Assembly: GCF_002285495.1 (NCBI RefSeq)
Contig: NZ_CP016786.1
Span: 1,744,420-1,768,419, forward strand
DNA length: 24,000 nucleotides
Reading direction: 5' to 3'
Source of the DNA: Clostridium isatidis
GTDB lineage: Bacteria; Bacillota; Clostridia; Clostridiales; Clostridiaceae
The notes under the pieces are model-generated. The model searched no databases. It was given only the letters and a program-made list of their open reading frames with translations, and was not told the origin of the DNA. Positions 18,474-24,000 of this stretch are shown piece after piece. A program made the translations under genes and the position numbers. How positions within the stretch are numbered: position 1 is the first letter of the stretch; each line of letters opens with the position of its first letter.

Positions 18474-18712
18474 TTTTACATCTCCTTGTTTATATAATCC
18501 ATACAATTTCACTCTGATTTAATTATATCATACTAAATAACTCGTATTTAATCAAATATATTTTTTATAAATATAGGCTGTATGTATTTATTTTCACATA
18601 GTAGCTTTTAATAGCTATTTATTTCTTATGAAAATGATAGGATTTTACATATTTACGAGTAATCCTATCAATTATTGTGTAATGTAGAATTTTCAAGGTT
18701 CATTCTACATTA

Positions 18713-19261
18713 CTATCTTAGTTCTTTAGAAAGAATGTATCTCCTTAACCCTCCGTATTTTAGCTTATCTTTTTTTATTTTATAACCTGAATTTAAAAAT
18801 GTGTTTAGACTATATTTATTATAAGGTGATACTGTTGCTGCAAGAAGCTCCATTCCATCTTCTCTTGCAATTTCCTCTATTCTCTCGCATATTATCCTCT
18901 GTAATCTGTTACCCCTATACTCTTCCTTAACAACTGTTGTCTCAATTTGGGCAGTTTTTAAAAGTATTTCTCCTTCTAAGGCTAAATCATAAGCATAATT
19001 TTCCTTATCATATCCCTTTTTTAAATAAACCCCCATCGCTATTAAATTATCTTCTTCATCTAAACACCCTATTACTTTTCCCCTTTCAAAGGATTTTATA
19101 AATTCCTCCCTATCTGTCTTTGCAAATAACTGCTTATCTTCTAATCCCTTATATATTTCTTCCTGCAGTTCCATAATTTTATCTAAATATGATAGATCCA
19201 ATTCCTTAAAAAAAGCATCTATAATTTTACCACTTCTATTTTTAATTCTTAATTTAGTCAT
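18713..19261 (-). CDS. GNAT-like protein related to the N-terminal part of [citrate (pro-3S)-lyase] ligase
   Basis: Acetyltransferase-like VVKEEYRGNRLQRIICERIEEIAREDGMELLAATVSPYNKYSLNTFLNSGYKIKKDKLKYGGLRRYIL; RBS GGGGGTGATG. Confidence 0.75.
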   Translation of the reverse strand: MTKLRIKNRSGKIIDAFFKELDLSYLDKIMELQEEIYKGLEDKQLFAKTDREEFIKSFERGKVIGCLDEEDNLIAMGVYLKKGYDKENYAYDLALEGEILLKTAQIETTVVKEEYRGNRLQRIICERIEEIAREDGMELLAATVSPYNKYSLNTFLNSGYKIKKDKLKYGGLRRYILSKELR

Positions 19262-19282
19262 AATACATCACCCCTTTAATTC

Positions 19283-19559
19283 AGTGTGGAGTTTTGAGTT
19301 TGGAGTGGGGAGTGTGGAATTCAGTGTGGAGTTTTGAGTTTGGAGTGCTGAGTGGGGAGTTGTTTGGGCTGGACAAGCTAACTGATAACTACTAACTCAA
19401 AACCCAACTCCAAACTCCTAACTTCTAACTTCTAACTACTAACTCCACACTCCTAACTACTAACTCCACACTCCTAACTCCTAACCCCTAACTCCACACT
19501 TCTAACTACTAACTCCTAACTCCTAACTCCTAACTCCTAACCCCTAACTCCTAACTGTT
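19283..19559. repeat. Degenerate 7-bp tandem repeat array in two opposite-facing arms
   Basis: Left arm 19283-19364 on the plus strand (AGTGTGG AGTTTTG AGTTTGG AGTGGGG AGTGTGG ...); 15-nt spacer TGGGCTGGACAAGCT; right arm 19380-19559 with the same kind of unit on the minus strand (AGTTAGG/AGTTAGT/AGTGTGG), including four consecutive perfect AACTCCT at 19511-19538. Confidence 0.95.
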
Positions 19560-19560
19560 T

Positions 19561-20145
19561 CTAACTATTTATAAAGTTGCTTATTGCAAGGTATGCCTTA
19601 ACATCAATCTTCTGTCCTGATTTTAATATTTCTCTTCCCTCTTCCTTAGTAATTAATTTTACTTCTATTTCTTCATCTGCTTCTAAATTTTCCAAGGATA
19701 CTTTTCCTTTGCAATTACAGCTAACCAAAGCAAAAGACTCATCTGTCATTCCCACTGAAGCATAGGTTTTTTCAATTGTCTTATTATAATCTATGTTAAC
19801 TAAATCTAATCCAGTTTCTTCTTTTAATTCTCTTTTAACTGCTTCCTCAAAAGTTTCATTTCCATCAATTAAACCTGCTGGAAGCTCTATAACAAAATCA
19901 TTAAGAGGAACTCTAAATTGCTTTATTATTACTAACTTATTTTCTTCTATATGTCTAGGAATTATTACAACCGCATCTATTTTATCTTTTTTCCCTTGAA
20001 AGAATTTATCATCTATCTCTTGTTTATTTTTTCTAGAAGCTATTGTCCACTTCTTATTTTCTCCAAGCTTATTAATATACTCTGCTTCATATAAGTTTAA
20101 AAATTTAGTTTGAGCTAGAGTATTGATTTTAGTTATTTTTCCCAT
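19561..20145 (-). CDS. NUDIX hydrolase, ADP-ribose pyrophosphatase-like
   Basis: Nudix box GNETFEEAVKRELKEETGL preceded by ELPAGLID, followed by YASVGMTDESFALVSC. Confidence 0.93.
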   Translation of the reverse strand: MGKITKINTLAQTKFLNLYEAEYINKLGENKKWTIASRKNKQEIDDKFFQGKKDKIDAVVIIPRHIEENKLVIIKQFRVPLNDFVIELPAGLIDGNETFEEAVKRELKEETGLDLVNIDYNKTIEKTYASVGMTDESFALVSCNCKGKVSLENLEADEEIEVKLITKEEGREILKSGQKIDVKAYLAISNFINS

Positions 20146-20258
20146 AAAATCACTCCAATGTCTACTATTTTATTCAATTTTTATTATACAATATATTATT
20201 GTAATAAGCTTCTAAAATATGTATAATATTTCTAATAAAAATAAAAGGATGTGAAACT

Positions 20259-21410
20259 TTGAAAGAAATAGACGAAAAATTTAAGAAAAATTTATTATTA
20301 GGAACATTATTGATATCAATATATTTTATATTTTCAAACTTAGGTTATTTTTTAAAAGGCTTTAATGTTTTTATACAAATAATCAATCCATTTTTAGTTG
20401 GTTTTGCAATTGCCTTTGTATTAAATATCCCTATGAATTTTTTTGAACTAAATGTTTTTTCTTTTTTAGATACCAAAAAATATATTAAATATAGAAACTT
20501 CAAAAGACCATTGTCAATATTAGCTACTTTTCTAACAGTAATAGGTCTAATTACTGCACTAGCATTATTTGTTATTCCACAATTAACTTCTAGTGTTTCC
20601 ACATTACTTAAAACTATTCCTGGACACATGAGTTCTTTTGAAAGACTAATTTCTCAATATATAAATGATACTGAAATTTCTAAAGAAGTTTTACAAAAAG
20701 TTTCTTCAACAATTATGGCTGCATGGAAAGACTTATTCACTGTTGGCGGAGAAATTATTTCTAATTCTTTATCTAGTATTTTAAATACCACAATGAACAT
20801 AACTAGCGGCTTAATAAATTTTATTTTATCAGTAATTCTTTCAATTTATATGTTATCTAGCAAAGAAACATTAATTCATCAACTAAGGAAAATAATTTAT
20901 GCCTTTTTACCTAAAAAAGCTGCTGATAAACTTATTTATATAGGGAATTTAAGTAATATTACCTTTTCAAAATTTATTTCTGGCCAATGCGTAGAAGCTG
21001 TTATTTTAGGTACTTTATGTTTTATTGGAATGCTAATATTAAGAATGCCTTATGCATTATTAATAAGTGTATTGATTGCTGTTACAGCTTTAATACCGGT
21101 ATTTGGGGCCTTCATTGGAACAATACCTGCTGTTTTCTTAATTCTTTTAATAAGTCCTATAAAAGCCTTATGGTTTATTATCTTTATACTATTTCTTCAA
21201 CAATTTGAGGGAAATATCATCTATCCTAAAGTAGTTGGAAACTCTGTTGGTCTTTCAGCCCTATGGGTTATGATGGCCATGTTAGTTGGAGGAAGCACCT
21301 TAGGAATATTAGGAATGCTTATTGGTATTCCAATCTTTAGCGTTTTATATCAGCTATTAAAAGAAAAGACCAATAAGAAACTAAAAATGAAAGAAATTGA
21401 AATTGAATAA
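20259..21410 (+). CDS. AI-2E family transporter (YdiK/PerM-like)
   Basis: TTG start after AAAGGATG; polytopic, with LNIPMNFFEL, FISGQCVEAVILGTLCFIGMLILRMPYALLISVLIAVTALIPVFGAFIGTIPAVFL, QQFEGNIIYPKVVGNSVGLSALWVM. Confidence 0.94.
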   Translation: MKEIDEKFKKNLLLGTLLISIYFIFSNLGYFLKGFNVFIQIINPFLVGFAIAFVLNIPMNFFELNVFSFLDTKKYIKYRNFKRPLSILATFLTVIGLITALALFVIPQLTSSVSTLLKTIPGHMSSFERLISQYINDTEISKEVLQKVSSTIMAAWKDLFTVGGEIISNSLSSILNTTMNITSGLINFILSVILSIYMLSSKETLIHQLRKIIYAFLPKKAADKLIYIGNLSNITFSKFISGQCVEAVILGTLCFIGMLILRMPYALLISVLIAVTALIPVFGAFIGTIPAVFLILLISPIKALWFIIFILFLQQFEGNIIYPKVVGNSVGLSALWVMMAMLVGGSTLGILGMLIGIPIFSVLYQLLKEKTNKKLKMKEIEIE

Positions 21411-21413
21411 GAA

Positions 21414-21445
21414 AAAAAGGCTAATCCTCTTGGATTAGCCTTTTT
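21414..21445. terminator. Bidirectional terminator between convergent genes
   Basis: AAAAAGGCTAATCC / TCTT / GGATTAGCCTTTTT, 14-bp perfect stem. Confidence 0.94.
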
Positions 21446-21468
21446 AATATATTTGTATCTCAATACTC

Positions 21469-22377
21469 TTAATTCCCCTTAGTTATCCTATCTAATATCG
21501 CCTCACAAAGCCTATGAGTTTCTAAAGCATCTTCTAGACTTATTGATGGCTCCCTGTTTTCTTTTACTGAATTAATAAATTCATCAATAATTGGCTCAAA
21601 ACCTCTTCTATATAAAATTCTATCCCAATCATTAAATTCTTTTATTTCCTTTTTATTATTCTTGTATATTTTAGAAGTCATTAAATTTTCAACGATTACT
21701 TTAGTTCCAGAGGAAATATATTCCACATTTTCTTCATTGTAACCGCTATCTCTATTCATCATAGCAATAGCAGTAGAATTATTTGTCTTTAGAGTAACAA
21801 CTATATTATATAACAAATTATCCTTCATTAAGAAATTTAGCTCAAAATCTTCTATTTTATCTCTTAGTAAAAATCTTGTAGTATCAAGAACATGTATAAA
21901 GTCATCTAAAATAATAATTTTAGCTTCTTTAGGACTAAATACTCTGTTTTTTTCTACTTTAATAGTGGTTGGAATATCCTGTTCTATAAGATTTTTATAC
22001 ATTGGAGCAAACCTTCTATTAAAGCCCACCATTAATATTTTATTTTTCTCTTTTGCTAGATTATAAGCTCTTACACTTTCCTCATAAGAATAACTAATAG
22101 GCTTATCAACATAAACATTAATTCCAGCCTTCAATAACTTTTCTATTATTGAAAAATGACTTTCTGTAGAGCTATGCACAAAAGCAGCATCTATATCCTT
22201 GTCTAAAAGCTCATCTACATTTGTATAAGCTTCATTTATTCTATATTTTTTGGCTAATTTATCTAGTTTTTCCTTGTTTCTTGTGCAAAAGACAAGCTCA
22301 ATATCTTCTTTTGATGTAATATATGGAAGATATGCTTTAGTACATATATTTCCAAGTCCAATAATTGCAATTCTCAT
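21469..22377 (-). CDS. Gfo/Idh/MocA family oxidoreductase
   Basis: MRIAIIGLGNICTKAYLPYI, DAAFVHSSTESHFSIIEKLLKAGINVYVDKPISYSYEESVRAYNLAKEKNKILMVGFNRRFAPMYKNL. RBS GAGGTGG fits the ATG at 22377. Confidence 0.94.
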   Translation of the reverse strand: MRIAIIGLGNICTKAYLPYITSKEDIELVFCTRNKEKLDKLAKKYRINEAYTNVDELLDKDIDAAFVHSSTESHFSIIEKLLKAGINVYVDKPISYSYEESVRAYNLAKEKNKILMVGFNRRFAPMYKNLIEQDIPTTIKVEKNRVFSPKEAKIIILDDFIHVLDTTRFLLRDKIEDFELNFLMKDNLLYNIVVTLKTNNSTAIAMMNRDSGYNEENVEYISSGTKVIVENLMTSKIYKNNKKEIKEFNDWDRILYRRGFEPIIDEFINSVKENREPSISLEDALETHRLCEAILDRITKGN

Positions 22378-22399
22378 AAAATCCACCTCACACCCTTAT

Positions 22400-24000
22400 T
22401 TACATAAGGCTATCAAATTTTTCGCTATTTTCTTTTATAACTTCTATAAAGGCATTACTTAATTCTGGATCAAACTGTGCACCTGAACATCTTTTTAATT
22501 CTTCAATTGCCTCTTCATAAGTTTTTCTCTTATTATATGGTCTATTTGATGTCATTGCATCAAAACTATCAACAATGCATAAAATTCTTGCTAAAAACGG
22601 TATTTCCTCTCCTTTTAATCCATAAGGATAACCTTTTCCATCGTATCTTTCATGATGATGAAGTATTATTGGCATCGCTCCTGATAGACTATCTATAGTC
22701 TTTATTATTTCAACTCCATTTTCAGGATGCTGCTTAAGCATTTCCCACTCTTCATTTGTTAAAGGCATCTTCTTCATAAGAACTTCCTTAGGGATATTAA
22801 TTTTACCAATATCATGCATATATGCACCATAAATTAAGTTTTCTTTATCTTTTTTACTTAAATTTAATTTATTAGCCATTAAACGACTGTATAAAACAAC
22901 CCTTTCTGAATGACCATATGTATATCTATCTTTAGCATTAATCACGCTAATCAAGGTTTTTACTGAAGATACTAACTCTATGTCTTTATCTTCTATGTCC
23001 TTTTCTAATTCTTCTAATATAGATTTATATCTTTCAACTCTGTTCTTATTAAAGAATTTCGCCCTATATAAAGCATCATCAGCACTCTTTAATAATTGCA
23101 CTTCATCTTTAGCCCTATCAGGGAAAACAGAAACTCCTGCAGAAATTGTTAATACTTTATTAGGTTGATTTTCCTCACCATAGAAGCTTTCTTTTTCAAC
23201 TGTTTCTCTTATTTTATTTGCTATTTTTATAGCGTCCTCTTCATTAGTTTCTGGTAAAATTATAGCAAACTCTTCTCCTCCATATCTAGCAGCAAAATCA
23301 TCATCCCTAATATTTGCTTTTACAATTTCTCCAATGGTTTTTAAAACTTCGTCACCCTTTTGATGGCCATTTAAGTCATTATAATGTTTAAAATAGTCTA
23401 TATCAAAAAAAATCATTGAAACTGGCTTTTTAGTTTTTTTTGATAATAATATTGTCTTCTTTAATTTTTCCTGAAAAGATCTATGATTATACAAACCAGT
23501 TAAAGCATCTAAATTAATTAATTCTTCTAATTGTTTAATATGTTCTCCTTCTACTTTTACATAAAAACCCAAAATCCAGGCAGTTAACAAAAATATTCCG
23601 GATAAAATTATATCATTTTGAAAGTATGTATTTACTTCCTGATTCGATCCAGAAATTAAATCAAGAAATAATATTAAACATGAACTTATACTTGCTATAG
23701 TCAATCCTGTTTTTAAACCTTCTTCAATTGTTACACTACATATTATAAATAAAAATAATATTTTATATGGACTTTGGTATCCACCAGTTACGTTAATTGC
23801 ATAAAAGAATATAGCTATAAAAATTACGTTTTCAATCCAATTACCATATTTTAAATCTCTTTTACTGAATTTTTTAATTGAAAATGTCCATAAAAAATAA
23901 ATAAGAAATAAGCCTAATCCCGTAACATAAATTAAAATTGAAGTAGTTTGAGTATAAAACAAGCCTAAATTCACATTTTTGCCATCAAAAATATACCAAA
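22400..24000 (-). CDS. Membrane-anchored GGDEF + HD-GYP protein; 5' end may lie beyond the window
   Basis: TM N-terminus; I-site-like RDDD upstream of FAARYGGEEF; HD-GYP motifs YGAYMHDIGKINIP and HHERYDGKGYPYG. The frame stays open from the GTG at 23974 to the window end (..WYIFDGKN-V/M-NLGLFY). Confidence 0.93.
   Translation of the reverse strand, partial: WYIFDGKNVNLGLFYTQTTSILIYVTGLGLFLIYFLWTFSIKKFSKRDLKYGNWIENVIFIAIFFYAINVTGGYQSPYKILFLFIICSVTIEEGLKTGLTIASISSCLILFLDLISGSNQEVNTYFQNDIILSGIFLLTAWILGFYVKVEGEHIKQLEELINLDALTGLYNHRSFQEKLKKTILLSKKTKKPVSMIFFDIDYFKHYNDLNGHQKGDEVLKTIGEIVKANIRDDDFAARYGGEEFAIILPETNEEDAIKIANKIRETVEKESFYGEENQPNKVLTISAGVSVFPDRAKDEVQLLKSADDALYRAKFFNKNRVERYKSILEELEKDIEDKDIELVSSVKTLISVINAKDRYTYGHSERVVLYSRLMANKLNLSKKDKENLIYGAYMHDIGKINIPKEVLMKKMPLTNEEWEMLKQHPENGVEIIKTIDSLSGAMPIILHHHERYDGKGYPYGLKGEEIPFLARILCIVDSFDAMTSNRPYNKRKTYEEAIEELKRCSGAQFDPELSNAFIEVIKENSEKFDSLM

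Noticed and set aside
19278-19347. Two perfect 30-bp repeats separated by 10 bp, superficially CRISPR-like
   Set aside because: Only two copies, a 10-nt spacer made of the same heptamer (GGGAGTGTGG), no leader and no cas genes; it is part of a 7-bp tandem array.
20345-21208. ORFs at 20345-20629 (-) and 20987-21208 (+) within the AI-2E transporter gene
   Set aside because: Overlap a strongly supported CDS in other frames and lack domains or RBS.
1-24000. Possible defence island, toxin-antitoxin pair, prophage or transposon
   Set aside because: No nuclease/helicase/reverse transcriptase/transposase/integrase domains and no rRNA or tRNA recognised; gene content is housekeeping and transport.

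Overview
AT-rich window, Clostridium-like by codon use and gene content (inference from the sequence only). Most of it is ordinary chromosome. From left to right on the minus strand: a sensor histidine kinase (cut by the left edge) with its AraC-type response regulator; an mglB-mglA-mglC galactose/galactoside ABC transporter operon followed by a 58-codon GTG-start membrane ORF missing from the supplied track. Next come LemA and a TPM-domain protein (plus strand). The remaining minus-strand genes are a ZIP transporter, a YwaF-like membrane protein, a very unusual acidic/GX3-repeat protein, a small conserved-looking helical protein, a CNNM/CorC hemolysin-family protein, a complete sufCBDSU Fe-S operon, a GNAT/citrate-lyase-ligase-like protein and a NUDIX hydrolase. 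An AI-2E family transporter lies on the plus strand. A Gfo/Idh/MocA oxidoreductase and a GGDEF+HD-GYP protein (minus strand) close the window. I see no convincing defence system, CRISPR array, prophage or IS element. The most noteworthy signals are: (1) a ~280 bp intergenic array of degenerate 7-bp repeats in two opposite-facing arms (19283-19559), with smaller 7-bp-period tracts at 3124-3158 and 8707-8734; (2) the 261-aa protein with a D/E/Y-rich N-terminus and 26 glycine-initiated GX3 tetrads; (3) the unannotated small membrane ORF at the end of the mgl operon; (4) several strong non-terminator hairpins, including a tandem set upstream of sufC.
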